64,000 bases of DNA, taken from NCBI GenBank assembly GCA_965112735.1, contig OZ218950.1, forward strand, positions 3,968,001 through 4,032,000, given 5' to 3'. Below are positions 43,118 through 57,131 of this stretch, piece after piece. The position numbers were made by a program, and so were the translations under genes. The stretch is from Phaeosaccion multiseriatum. Its lineage: Eukaryota > Protista > Ochrophyta, other classes. Positions within the stretch are counted from its first letter, which is position 1, and each line of letters starts with the position of its first letter. The notes below the pieces were generated by a model that saw nothing but the letters and a program-made list of their open reading frames with translations, ran no database searches and was not told the origin of the DNA.

Positions 43118-46100
43118 TGATTGCGCGCGTGTGTAAGACGCACCATTTATCCATCAGTTCATACGTACTTTTACTTGCATTCATCATCAGTTCTTACGTA
43201 CTTTTACTTGCATTCATCATCAGTTCTTACGTACTATTACTCGCATTCATCATCAGTTCTTACATACCGCAACTTACCATCCTCCCGGGACATACAGCAC
43301 CTCTCCTGCCCGAAGGATAATCTGACACCAGGTACAGAGGAGAGAGGAGCAACAGCACGAAGGGAGAGAGGAAGGCAAGGGGAGAGGGAGTGGGTGGGTG
43401 AGGTGGTGGGTGGGCGCCTCCAATGGTGGCTGCTTCAGCCAAGATATAAAGAAGCCCCCTGCCCGATACAGAGAGAGAGTCCATAGCCACTGCCGCCTGC
43501 TGCTCTCCCTCAACTCCGTCCTCGAGCCCCTCCCTTCCTCCCCTTCCTCCCCTTCCTCCCCTCCCCTCCCCTCCCCTCCCCTCCCCTCCCCTCCCCTCCC
43601 CTCTCCTCCCCTCCCCTCCCCGTATGCCTCTAAATCCCCTCCCCTCCCCCTTTTAACTCACTTCATTCGCCATGGTCTTGGGAAAGTTGGGGAAGGCGTC
43701 CAAGTCGGGCTTGCCCCAATTCACCGCCGTGTGCCTCGCGGAGGGGTGCGAGGGAGGGAACATGTACATACTCGCACATGCCTCGGGTCTGGCAAGGATC
43801 CAGCGACGCTTGCCAGTCACCAGGGCAACCTTTGAGTGGGTGAGGGGGTGGGTGGGTGGGTGGGGGAGTGAGCAAGATGGAGCATTTCGGTCCACAGCAG
43901 CAGCAGCCGCAGCGACAGGAGCCGCATGGGAGAGAGAGACAAAGACACATACTATATATATATATTATATATATATCACACGCACACTCAAAACGGCCCA
44001 ACACTCACTCACACTCACTCACTCACACTCACCATATTGCGAGTACCGTCATAGTGGGCTTCGGCAAGGACACCGTGCATGCCTTTCAGGAGGGAGGGAG
44101 GGAGGGAGGGAGGGAGGAGCGAGATAGAGCGCGAGAGAGAGAGAGAGAGAGACAAGGGCAGGCAGGCGTAAGGGGAAGGGGAGACTGAGACTGACTGAGA
44201 GAGTCTGACTGACTGACTGACTGACTGACTGACTGACTGACTGACTGACTGATTGACTGACTGACTGACTGACTGACTGACTGACTGACTGAGAGAGTCT
44301 GACTGACTGACTGACTGACTGACTGACTGCTCAGATGACACACTCACTCCACTCCTCACACTCACTCGATGATAAGCACTAGGCAGGGTAAAGGGTGTAA
44401 CGGGTCATGCACATACCCACACCCCCGCCTTTGCCTCGTCGCGCTCTTCCCGACCACCAGGCAGTACGACTCTACGTGACTGTACTTCTTGACTCTACTT
44501 GACTCTACTTGACTCTACTTGACTCTACTTGACTCTACGTGACTGTACTTCTTGACTCTACTTGACTCTACGTGACTCTACTTGACTCTTCTTGACTCTA
44601 CGTGACTCTACTTGACTCTACTTGACTCTACTTGACTCTACTTGACTCTACGTGACTCTACTCTTCTTGACTCTACGTGACTGACTCTACTTACTACTTG
44701 ACTCTACTTGACTCTACTTGACTCTACGTGACTCTACTTGACTCTTCTTGACTCTACGTGACTCTACTTGACTCTACTTGACTCTACTTGACTCTACTTG
44801 ACTCTACGTGACTGTACTACTTGACTCGACTTGACTCTACTTGACTCTACTTGACTCTACTTGACTCTACTTGACTCTACTTGACTCTACTTGACTCTAC
44901 TTGACTGTACTTGACTCTACGTGACTGTACTACTTGACTCTACTTGACTCTACTTGACTCTACTTGACTCTACTTGACTCTACTTGACTCTACTTGACTC
45001 TACTTGACTCTACTTGACTCTACTTGACTCTACTTGACTCTACTTGACTCTACTTGACTCTACTTGACTCTACTTGACTCTACTTGACTCTACTTGACTC
45101 TACTTGACTCTACTTGACTCTACTTGACTCTACTTGACTCTACTTGACTCTACTTGACTCTACTTGACTCTACTTGACTCTACTTGACTCTACTTGACTC
45201 TACTTGACTCTACTTGACTCTACTTGACTCTACTTGACTCTACTTGACTCTACTTGACTCTACTTGACTCTACTTGACTCTACTTGACTCTACTTGACTC
45301 TACTTGACTCTACTTGACTCTACTTGACTCTACTTGACTCTACTTGACTCTACTTGACTCTACTTGACTCTACTTGACTCTACTTGACTCTACTTGACTC
45401 TACTTGACTCTACTTGACTCTACTTGACTCTACTTGACTCTACTTGACTCTACTTGACTCTACTTGACTCTACTTGACTCTACTTGACTCTACTTGACTC
45501 TACTTGACTCTACTTGACTCTACTTGACTCTACTTGACTCTACTTGACTCTACTTGACTCTACTTGACTCTACTTGACTCTACTTGACTCTACGTGACTC
45601 TACTTGACTCTACTTGACTCTACTTGACTCTACTTGACTCTACTTGACTCTACTTGACTCTACTTGACTCTACTTGACTCTACTTGACTCTACTTGACTC
45701 TACTTGACTCTACTTGACTCTACTTGACTCTACTTGACTCTACTTGACTCTACGTGACTCTACTTGACTCTACTTGACTCTACTTGACTGTACTTGACTG
45801 TACTTGACTCTACTTGACTCTACTTGACTCTACTTGACTGTACTTGACTCTACTTGACTCTACGTGACTCTACTTGACTCTACTTGACTCTACTTGACTC
45901 TACTTGACTCTACTTGACTCTACTTGACTCTACGTGACTCTACTTGACTCTTCTTGACTCTACGTGACTCTACTTGACTCTACGTGACTCTACTTGACTC
46001 TACTTGACTCTACTTGACTCTACTTGACTCTACTTGACTCTACGTGACTCTACTTGACTCTACTTGACTCTACTTGACTCTACTTGACTCTACTTGACTC

Positions 46101-49100
46101 TACGTGACTCTACTTGACTCTACTTGACTCTACTTGACTCTACGTGACTCTACTTGACTCTTCTTGACTCTACGTGACTCTACTTGACTCTACGTGACTC
46201 TACGTGACTCTACTTGACTCTTCTTGACTCTACGTGACTCTACTTGACTCTACGTGACTCTACTTGACTCTACTTGACTCTACTTGACTCTACTTGACTC
46301 TACTTGACTCTACGTGACTCTACTTGACTCTACTTGACTCTACTTGACTCTACTTGACTCTACTTGACTCTACGTGACTCTACTTGACTCTACTTGACTC
46401 TACTTGACTCTACGTGACTCTACTTGACTCTTCTTGACTCTACGTGACTCTACTTGACTCTACGTGACTCTACTTGACTCTACGTGACTCTACGTGACTC
46501 TACTTGACTCTACTTGACTCTACTTGACTCTACTTGACTCTACGTGACTCTACTTGACTGTACTTGACTCTACGTGACTCTACTTGACTCTACTTGACTC
46601 TACTTGACTCTACTTGACTCTACTTGACTCTACTTGACTCTACTTGACTCTACTTGACTCTACTTGACTCTACTTGACTCTACTTGACTCTACTTGACTC
46701 TACTTGACTCTACTTGACTCTACTTGACTCTACTTGACTCTACTTGACTCTACTTGACTGTACTTGACTCTACTTGACTCTACTTGACTCTACGTGACTC
46801 TACTTGACTGTACTTGACTGTACTTGACTCTACTTGACTCTACTTGACTCTACTTGACTCTACGTGACTGTACTTGACTCTACTTGACTCTACTTGACTC
46901 TACTTGACTCTACTTGACTCTACTTGACTCTACGTGATTGTACTTGACTCTACTTGACTCTACTTGACTCTACTTGACTCTACTTGACTCTAGGTGACTG
47001 TACTTGACTCTACGTGACTGTACTTGACTCTACTTGACTCTACGTGACTGTACTTCTTGACTCTACTTGACTCTACTTGACTCTACTTGACTCTACTTGA
47101 CTCTACTTGACTCTACTTGACTCTACTTGACTGTACTTGACTGTACTTGACTCTACTTGACTCTACTTGACTCTACTTGACTCTACTTGACTCTACTTGA
47201 CTCTACTTGACTCTACTTGACTCTACTTGACTCTACGTGACTCTACTTGACTCTACTTGACTCTACTTGACTCTACTTGACTCTACTTGACTCTACTTGA
47301 CTCTACTTGACTCTACTTGACTCTACTTGACTCTACTTGACTCTACTTGACTCTACTTGACTCTACTTGACTCTACTTGACTCTACTTGACTCTACGTGA
47401 CTGTACTTGACTCTACGTGACTCTACTTGACTCTACTTGACTCTACTTGACTCTACGTGACTGTACTTGACTCTACGTGACTGTACTTGACTCTACTTGA
47501 CTGTACTTGACTCTACTTGACTCTACTTGACTCTACTTGACTCTACTTGACTCTAGTTGACTCTACTTGACTCTACTTGACTCTAGTTGACTCTACTTGA
47601 CTCTACTTGACTCTACGTGACTGTACTTGACTCTACGTGACTGTACTTGACTCTACTTGACTCTACTTGACTCTACTTGACTCTACTTGACTGTACTTGA
47701 CTCTACTTGACTCTACTTGACTCTACTTGACTCTACTTGACTCTACGTGACTGTACTTGACTCTACGTGACTGTACTTGACTCTACGTGACTGTACTTGA
47801 CTCTACTTGACTGTACTTGACTCTACTTGACTCTACTTGACTCTACTTGACTCTACTTGACTCTACGTGACTGTACTTGACTCTACTTGACTGTACTGGA
47901 CTCTACTTGACTCTACTTGACTCTACTTGACTCTACTTGACTCTACTTGACTCTACTTGACTCTACTTTACTCTACTTGACTCTACTTGACTGTACTTGA
48001 CTCTACTTGACTCTACTTGACTCTACTTGACTCTACTTGACTCTACTTGACTCTACTTGACTTGACCTCACCGAATCGGCAGTGAATCCCCTTGAACTTC
48101 CTCGGATCCGTGAGAAAGAAGGAGGCGTCTTTTCTGTTGGCCAGCATGGGCAGCGACTGCGAGATGAAGGGCTTGGGGGACTTGGTTGAATCGCTGATGC
48201 GGAAGTAGTAGTGAATGTCCGGCGCTCCATCTTCTTCTCCGTTCTCATCAACTCGTGGCAAGTTACTGAGCAAAGTCAGAGCGTGGGGTGGTGCAGCGAA
48301 TTGAAAAGGAGAAAAAGGAGGAGGAGAAGGAGGAGAAGGAGAAGAAGGGGGAAGCAGGAAGGAGATGCGATTGCGTTGCGTGCGGTCTACTGCCCTCCAT
48401 TCCATTTGTCCCCCTCTCGTGACTGAAACTGCATACTGTAAACGTGGGGTGAGCAAGTGCAATTGACGGGGGGGCATAAAAAACACACATTCGATAAAAG
48501 AGTAACTCCAATGCACACACACACACCCACACACCCACACACACACCCACCCACACACACACGCACACACACGCACGCACGTGCACGCACACACACACCT
48601 GCCCTCCCCGCCCATGACTGGCTGTCCGGTGCCTCCATCATCCAGCACGGCAAGCCTGAGCCACTCCTCGTAGCTCATGGACTGCTTGACTGTGGGGGGT
48701 TTCCAGTCTGGGGGCTTGTCTCTCAAGCCGCCCTTGCCGGTGAAGTAGAGGAAGTGGTTCGACTCAGAAACCTCGGCCTGTGAGGAAGGAGGAGGAGGAG
48801 GAGGAGGAGGAGGAGAAGGAGAAGGACGAGGAGGAGGAGAAGGAGGAGGATGAGGAGGAGGATGAGGAGGAGGAGGAGGAGGAGGAGGAGGAGGAGGAGG
48901 AGGAGGAGGAGGAGGAGGAGGAGGAGGAAGGGGGGAAAGGAGGAGCAGAAGCGCCTGGCGAGGCGAGTTGTGCGGGTGTACATCGTGTGCAGAGTGGCTG
49001 GTCCATACATACTGCCTCTCTCTCTTTCGTCCCATTGTTTCTTTCAATGACGTCCTCACAACACACCCACTTTGTGGACTTACTACCCACCTCATACTTG

Positions 49101-52100
49101 GTGTCCTTGCCAACCCCCTGGGACACGAAATTGGGGTCTGCCCACTTCCTGCTCGTCTCTTCAAGCTCGGGTACGTTGTATACAATGAAGGGTACCTCGG
49201 CCCGGCGGTAAGCCTCTGTTTTCACAGTTGTCGCACAAGAAACATGTGGGTGCATAACCCGTCAGCTACATGCTGCCCTGTCCGTGATGTTATGTATATC
49301 ATGAGTGGCATGGTCCCTCTCTCCTCTCTTCTCTCTCCCCTCTCCTCTGCCCTCTGCCCTCTTCCCCCTCACCTGCCACTGACTGCTGTTTCTGGAAGTC
49401 GAACCTGCGTGTAGAGGTTGGTGTGGTGGTTGGTGGTCAAAAGGGAATAAAGAACAAAAAACAGAAAAAACAGGACGACAGAGAGTGCAGACAAGAGGCA
49501 AGGCAAGGCAATGATAGTTACAGTGCAATGCTTCATCTTTGGAAGCCATGGTGCACCTCGTCGACTCTAGTCTGCACTCCACCCCCCCATCCCCCCACCC
49601 TTCCCTCCCTCCCTCCCTCCCTCCCTCGCTCCCTCCCTCGCTTCCCCCCCCCCCCCCCCCCCTCCCTCCCTCCCTCCCTCCCTCCCTCCCTCCCTCCCTC
49701 CCTCCCTCCCTCCCTCCCTCCCTCCCTCCCTCCCTCCCTCCCTCCCTCCCTCCCTCCCTCCCTCCCTCCCTCCCTCCCTCCCTCCCTGACCTGCAAATCC
49801 CATTGTAGTGCTTGGCCGGGATGAAGCTCGCGTCATCCATACTCCAATTGTTCAGCAGGTCCATCACTACAGGGAGGGGGGCACACAGTGGGGCAGGCAG
49901 GCACAGGGCGAACAAGGCCTAACGACATAAGGACATGAGGAGGGGCATGTGGGCCGAGCTGGGCTGACAGGGCATACATCCCCTCCTTCCCCTCCCCTCC
50001 CCTCCCCTGCCCTCATCTCTCCTCCCCTCCCCTCCCATGCCCTCCCCCCCGCTCCCCTCCTCTCCTCTCCCCCTCCCCTCCTCCTCCTCCTCCCCTCCCC
50101 TCCCCTCTTCTCCTCTCCTCTCCCCCTCCCCTCCTCCTCCCCTCCCCTCCCCTCCCCTCCCCTCCTGACCTGGGTACTCCTGGGGGTAGCCAGCCGCCGG
50201 CACGTCCGGGCACTCAAAAGGAAACATATTGTCGGAATACACCTTCCGACCAACGGACAACAGAAATTTGACATGTTGTACGTTACGAAGTAGCACGCCA
50301 TTGGGAGGAGGAGGAGGAGAAAGCGGAGGAGGCGGAGGAGGAGGAGGAGGAGGAGGAGGAGGAGGAGAAAGAGGAGGAGGAAGAGGAGGAGGAGGCGGAG
50401 GAGGAGAAAGAGGAGGAGGAGGAGGAGGAGGAAGAGGAGGAGCAGGAGGAGGAGGAGGAGGAGTGAGGAGTGAGGAGGAGGAGGAGGAGAAGGAGGAGGA
50501 GGAGGTGGAGAAGGAGGAGGAGGAGGAGGAGGAGGAGGCGGAGGAGGAGGCGGAGGAGGAAAAGGAGGAGGAGGAGGAGGAGGAGGAGGAGGAGGAGGAG
50601 GAGGAGGAGGAGGAGGAGGAGGAGGAGGAGGAGGAGGAGGAGGAGGAGGAGGAGGAGGAGGAGGAGGAGGAGGAGGTGGAGAAGGAGGAGGAGGAGGAGG
50701 AGGAGGAGGAGGAGGCGGAGGAGGAAAAGGAGGAGGAGGAGGAGGAGGAGGAGGAGGAGGAGGAGGAGGAGGTGGAGGAGGAGGAGGAGGAGGAGGAGGA
50801 AGAGGAGGAGGAAGAGGAGGGGGAGAAGGAGGAGGAGGAGGAGGAGGAGGAGGAAGAGAGGAGGAGAAGAAGAAGGAGGAGGAGGAGGAGGAGGAGGAGG
50901 AGGAGGAGGAGGAGGAGGAGGAGGAGGAGGAGGAAGAGGAGGAGGAGAAGAAGAAGAAGAAGGAGAAGAAGAAGAAGGACAACGAGGAGGAGGAGGAGGG
51001 GGAGGAGGAGGAGGAGGAGCAGGAGGAGGACAAGGAGGCTTAAAGAAGGGTAACAATCAAGTGCCAGTCCTATGCCAGTCCTATGGCAGTCCTACCTCGC
51101 TGGACATGAAGAGAGGCGCAGCGGGGTCCACAAGGGTGTGCATGCCCTTCTCGTGCCCAGGGGTGGAGGGCTTGTCTCCTCCCCATTGGACGGAGAAGAG
51201 GCCGCCCAAACCCTTGAGGAGAGAGAGGGGGGCGGAGGGGGAGAGAAAGACACACACACACACATACAGAGAGGGAGGGTGGCGGGGGGGAGACGAAAGA
51301 GAGACAGGGAGAGAGAGTGAGTGAGTGAGTGAGTGAGTAAGTGAGTGAGCAGAGCAGCGCATACGAAACAAAATACACGCAACACAACCAATGAAGAAAA
51401 CGCCCTCGTTGTAAGCATTCTGTCTCCCTCCCTCCCTCCCTCCTTCCCTCTCTCCCTCCTTCCCTCCCTCCCTCCTTCCCTCTCTCTCTCCCTCCCTCCC
51501 TGCATCGCCACGGACTTCCGTCGCCGCACACGCACGCGCGCACAAACACACGCTCCCCCCTGTCCCCCCTATCCCCCCCCACCCCCCCCCCCCCCCACAC
51601 ACACACACACACGTGCACACACACACACGTACACACACACGTACACACATACCTGGTTGACCTCCTCTCTGACCCCCTCGAGCTTCGCGGCCCCCTCTCC
51701 CGCATAGCGCTCAGCCGCAGAGGCTCCTGCCCCGGGGGGAGGCACGCTCCTTCGGTCGCGGGCATCACTACCTGGCACCGCTGCTGCTGCTGCTGCTGCT
51801 GCTGCCCTCCTCTCTGCCTTGGTCACGCCTCCCCATGCTCCTGCCTGCTCTCGTCAAGCGATGAAGGACAAGCCCAACCACAAGCAAGACGGAGCGCACC
51901 CCTGACGTAAGCGAACAACACGTCCCCAACCCCCTAACGTAAGGGAACATAACGAGCAAGGTATGTACGTACCTGTTCGTCGAGTTTGGTGGTGAGGAAC
52001 ATTCGGTACTCCTCCGCGGAAGAGAGGGGTGCCTTGAAGTGACGAGACACAAGTCGGGGGATGCCCTCTGTGGAGTTGTGTGAGTGTTGAGTTGAGTACA

Positions 52101-52110
52101 AATGAGAAGA

Positions 52111-52145
<35 letters not shown>

Positions 52146-52475
52146 GAGGGAGAGAGAGGAGGAAGAACATACGTAGTACATACGAAGTGAGATGACGGCA
52201 GAGTCGAGCGCATCTCATCCTCTTGATGCCCGCAGCTGACATGGCTCCAACGCTCCCCATGACCCATGTGAATGACCCATATGACCCAATGACCATGACC
52301 CTCCCTCTCCTCTCTCTCCAATGACCTTCTTGCCCCTTTCCTCGGCTCACCGGGTAAGTCTGTCCTGTGCAGCAGCACCCCCCCTCCCCCCCCCCCACTG
52401 AGTTGACTCTCAACGAGGTTGTTGTGGACGGTCTCTGCGTTAAATCCGAGCACCGCTGCGCATGTTTCCTCTGTG

Positions 52476-52527
<52 letters not shown>

Positions 52528-55500
52528 TGTGTGTGTGGTGTGTGTGTGTGTGTGTGTGTGGTGTGTACAGACAGGGGGGGGGAGGGAAAGAGGACTTGGT
52601 CACAGAGCGAAAGGAGAGGAACAGACTGACAGTGAGAGCCGTGATGACAGCAGACCAGCCGATGCACAGCCCGTAGCAGCAGCAGCAGCAGTAGCAGCAG
52701 CAGCACGCACAACACGCCTGAGAAGAGGGCCAATCCAACCCGTCCTCACTTCCCCCCCCCTCCTCTTGCATGGCTAGCTCTAACTTTGGCTCTGGTCCAC
52801 AGCTCACGCTCGCGGCCTTGCTTGACTCTGCCCTGCTTGCCCTGCTGTACTTGCCTGGCTTCTCCTCGGCGGCTTTAAAGAAGCCCAAGTCATCCTCTCC
52901 TCCTCCTCCACCTCCTCCTCCTGCCTCTCCCCCCCCCCCCCCCACCAGCTCCTCCAGCAGCGAGGCCGGCAGCGCCCCCGCCCACAGCAAGCAATCAGGC
53001 AGCAAGCTGCTTAGCGCTTGAGCTTTCTCGTCGCCCTTGTCACTGTCACTGCTGCTGCCCCTTCCTCGCTCCACTCTGGCGGCGGCCGCCTCTGCCCCCC
53101 GTGGGCTCTGCAGCGGCGCACTCCAACGCATCATTGCCGCGCTCACAGAGGCGGGGTCGTCGTACAGGTACGCCCAAGGAGTGTCTGGCCACACACGCAC
53201 AGACACCGACAGACAACAACACGCACACACACGCACACACGCACACACACGCCCAAAACCCACATAGACATACACACATGGTGGAAACGGTGTGAGGGAG
53301 AGTCGAGAAGGTCGAGTAAGGGGGAGAGTCGAGGAGGCTCTTCCTTCCTTCCTGGCCACCCATCTGGTCATTCACCCATGTGTTGCCATCTGTATCCACA
53401 TATGCCTTCCCACGTACGTGCCTCTTGTATACGTACATACAATACACGCAGACACACACACCTGGAAAGGCCTCCCTGAGCATGCCGATTGCGCGGCTTG
53501 TGCTCCACATCGGCAGCACGAGAAAGGTCTGCAGCGCCGTTCCCCCTCCATCTCCATCCTCCTCCTCCCACACCTGACCCCCCCCCTCCTCCTGTTCGGC
53601 CTTCCCAACCTGCTGCTGCTGTGGCTTTCCCGCCACATCTACATCAAAAGTGTAGCGCACACTCCCTTCGGGGTCGCAGAGGAGCCGCACTACACTGCGA
53701 AGGATGTCAACCTTCTCCTGGCGGGCAAGCGCTGAGGAGGAGGAGTCATCGCTCTCTGCCAGAGCCACCAGCACCTAGAGAACAAAGAGAGAGAGGGAGG
53801 AGGCAGGCAGGCAGGCAGGGAGGGAGGCAGGGAGAGAGGGAGGGAGGGAGAGAGGGAGAGGAAGAGATACGTGAGTGAGAGAGTGTGAGGGGGCCGGGGG
53901 GACATGATGGAGGGAGGGAGAAGCATTGTTCTTGATCGACAATTAGATACTACCTTGGCTGGCTGGCCGCTGCTACTGCCCCGGACCGAACCAGACTTTG
54001 AGGCGCAGGCTCAAACGAACATTATGCAATGCCGCCGCCCGTCAGGAGGACACCCCTCGTGCCCTATTCCTATCTATTATTGGGGGGGGGGGGGGTCATA
54101 TGAAGCTTCTCCTCCTCCTCCTCTTTGGCCGAGCCCACTCACAGGCCTGCACACCCACCCACACACACCCACACACACACACATGTTGGTAATCCACGCC
54201 TCCTCCTCGGCGCTTCGCTTTACCTGTGAGAGCACCTCGCTGTGTGCGTAGACTCGATAGTGCGCCACTGAGGCCAGCGCATTCACCGCGAGAGCAGCAC
54301 CTACACTCGGCCCCATATGGAACACAAAGCCCGAGGGAGCGGCGTCCTGTGGGGCGAGGGAGGGCAAGGTTGGGCAAGTAGGAGTGAAGTGGAGGGGAGT
54401 GAGTGAGTGAGTGAGTGACTGACTGACTGATACAGCGAGGGGGTTGTGTACACGCTGGCCCTGCAGGCAGACACGCAGGGTGGGCGTGTCGGGATGGATG
54501 ATGGGAGGGAAGATTCTCGAGTTGGAACAGGCCGGAGTGAGTGCGAGAGAGGAGGAGAGGAAGGGAGGAGAGGAAGAGAGAGAGAGAAGAGGGCGGGAGG
54601 AGAGGGAGAGAGAGAGAGAGAGAGAGGAGAGAGAGCGAGACGAGAGCGGACTACCACTCGTACACCTCTACATGTATATACGGACTACCACTCGTACACC
54701 TCTACATGTATATACGGACTACCACTCGTATACACCTCTACATGTATATACCTACCTTTGTACACCACCCCCCCCTCTACATGTATATACCTACCTTTAT
54801 GGATGGTCCACGCTCGTCCAAAGCCTGTTGCACAGTCACCTTGCGCCCTCCGCCCCTGGAGGCCTCCGAGCAGTCGCGAGAGGCAGCGGCCACATCCCCG
54901 AACACGGGAAAGTCCCACGGCCGCTCGTAGAACATGGCCCAGTCTACCTCACACATGGTTAGGCGCACAGAGAAGGGCGTGGTGCCTGAGCCACCATCGA
55001 CTTGTACGGCCACTGGCACAGCCGCAGAGCCCCTCTTCCTGCTTATACCGCTGGGCTTGGTGGTGAATGTGACTGCTTTTAGGGGTATTGGGTCTTTGTC
55101 CAGCGCATAAGATGGGGCTTCCCTGTGGAGCAGGGTGGGGGAGAGGTAGAGAGAGAGAGAGAGAGAGAGAAATAGAAAAGGGTGCAAGCGGTGAGAACCT
55201 AGGGTACCTTGTCCCCTTTCGTTTGATTTTCTTTCATGCATGCTTTCTTCCCTAATTTTTGTTGTTCAAACCTACATCTGGGAGCCGCCGAAGGGGAGGC
55301 CGAAAGTAAGGGAGTCCTTCGACCCGGCGGTGCCGAAGCCCGACCTGACACCCCTAGAGATGACCACCACCCACCACATCAGTAGACTGTGAGTTGCGTC
55401 AGGGGGGGGCGGACGGGGTGTAACGGGAGGGAGCAAGGGATTGAGCTGGTATGAGAAGCAGTTGATACACGTCGTAAGAATGTTTCACCATTTTTCGTGG

Positions 55501-55681
55501 TTATAGAAGATAGAGGGGAGAGGAAGAGGGGCATAGAGGGATAGACAGGATGCGGATTCAGCATTCCTTGTGAATTAATTTCTCACCCAGTTGCAGAGAG
55601 GAGGGCGATCAGCCCTCTCTTGCTGCTGCCGCCGCTGCCGCTCCTGCCTTTACCTCCCCCTCTGCGTGCATGGGTCCGCAT
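42925..55681 (-). CDS. Type II membrane protein: degenerate sulfotransferase-like domain plus C-terminal JmjC/cupin-8 dioxygenase domain; ~19-20 exons
   Basis: MRTHARR..KRGLIALLSATG|LLMWWVVVIS anchor; CEVDWAM..FPVFGDV; PSGFVFHMGPSVGAALAVNALA; FP|DTPWAYLYDDP; YPQEYP|VMDLLNNW; AYRRAEVPFIVYNVP; KGIHCRFG; AEAHYDG; GKRRWIL; GEVLYVPGGW|IHTI. The JmjC part is secure; joining both halves into one gene is inferred from compatible splice phases. Confidence 0.72.
44465..48066. repeat. ~3.6-kb (TACTTGACTC)n 10-bp satellite inside an intron of the JmjC gene
   Basis: About 360 units, with variants TACGTGACTC, TACTTGACTG and TTCTTGACTC. Confidence 0.97.
50303..51030. repeat. (GGA)n intronic microsatellite
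   Basis: Direct reading; lies between coding exons at ~50170-50242 and ~51097-51212. Confidence 0.9.
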
Positions 55682-55886
55682 CGCTGCCAATGGAGGAGAA
55701 GGACCGCTCTTTGTTGCTGGCTGTGCCCGTGGCCGCCTGCTTCCACAGGCAAAATCGGAAATCGCGAAGCACACTCGTCGTATCACCAACACACCCACAT
55801 GAATGTCGCTTCACTCTTAGAAAAAAACAAGACCAGCACTAGAGAGCCACGCCGAAGCAGAGAGGGGATAGGCCCGCTCCCCCAAG

Positions 55887-57076
55887 ATGGAAGAACATCC
55901 CCTCCTCCGACACAGCATTCTTGTTGCCCTGCTGTCCGACGATGGCATGGGGGAGAGTTGCTCTCCCCTTCCCTTACCCAATGGCTCAGGAAGCTTCAAG
56001 GAAGTGAAGTGGAGAAGGACAAGCAGGGACATGAGGAGTAGTGGTGATGAGGATATGGAGAAGGACAAGAAGACCGGATTTATGGACAGGGACGGAGGCA
56101 GCGAAGAAGACGAAGAGGTGGAGGTCGTGGTGAGGCCGCTGGCCATGTTCAACACGCTCATGCTGCGGGCCTCGCTCAAGGCGAAGAAGTCCTCTGCTAG
56201 CGCTCAATGTGATGGCTCCCAGTCGGCGAGGCTTGATGTCAATGTCGACGACTTTGTTGGGCAGCAGGAGGAGCGGGAAAGGACGGATTCGCCGCCGCCG
56301 CTGCTGAAAGAGGGACAAAGGCGCGTGCACGGGCACGTCGTGGCGGTGGCCCGCTTCAAGGCTGAGGTAAGGGCGGGCGAGCGGGCGGGCGGGCGGGCGG
56401 GCGGACGAGGCCATCCATTCGATGCCACCCTTTCTCACATCCACTGCTGTAACTAAAGGGCGAGCCTTTTTGTATGTTGACGGACCTTTCTTTTGCTTTC
56501 CCTCCCTGCGACCGCCTATATGATGACGGAACCCACGTCGAACCTCGACTGTGTATGAAAACACACAAACTTGTACAGGTGTATGCCTGCCTGGTGGCCC
56601 CTCTCCTGCCCCCTGCGGGCTCCTTCCCTCACATGTCCGGGGTGGGTGACGAGCTTGCCTCCGCGGTGCTTTCCTTTCTGCGCCCCCTGGAGTTGGTCCG
56701 TTTCGCGGGGGCGAATCGAGCTTTCGGACAGCTGGTGGAGGAGAATGATGAGCTGTGGGAAGGCTGGCTGAAGCAGGCCCTGATGCGACCGAGGCAGAGG
56801 TGGGAGACGTCCTGTGCCCCCCTGCTGGAGCACTGCGCCCTTTTGCTCGCTCTCCACGCAAGCAAGAGAGAAATCCCGCCAATACCGCAACAGTATCGCC
56901 GGGATGATGCAGCAGCAGCAGCAGCAGCGAGAGGAGGAGGAGGAGGAGGAGGAGGAGCAGAAGGAGGAGCAGTAGGAGACCATGGACAACGAAGGGGAGA
57001 GGCAGCAGCGGCAGCAGCAGAAGCAGGCGATGGAGGCAAGGCAAGTGGAGAACACCCGAACAACACCACCACCACC

Positions 57077-57131
<55 letters not shown>

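Noticed and set aside
44465-48066. Satellite as a telomere or centromere
   Set aside because: No G-tract telomere motif, it is internal to an intron, and nothing in the sequence supports centromere function.
49867-51324. Poly-Pro, poly-Glu, poly-Arg and poly-Leu ORFs
   Set aside because: (GGA)n intron open in several frames; not coding.
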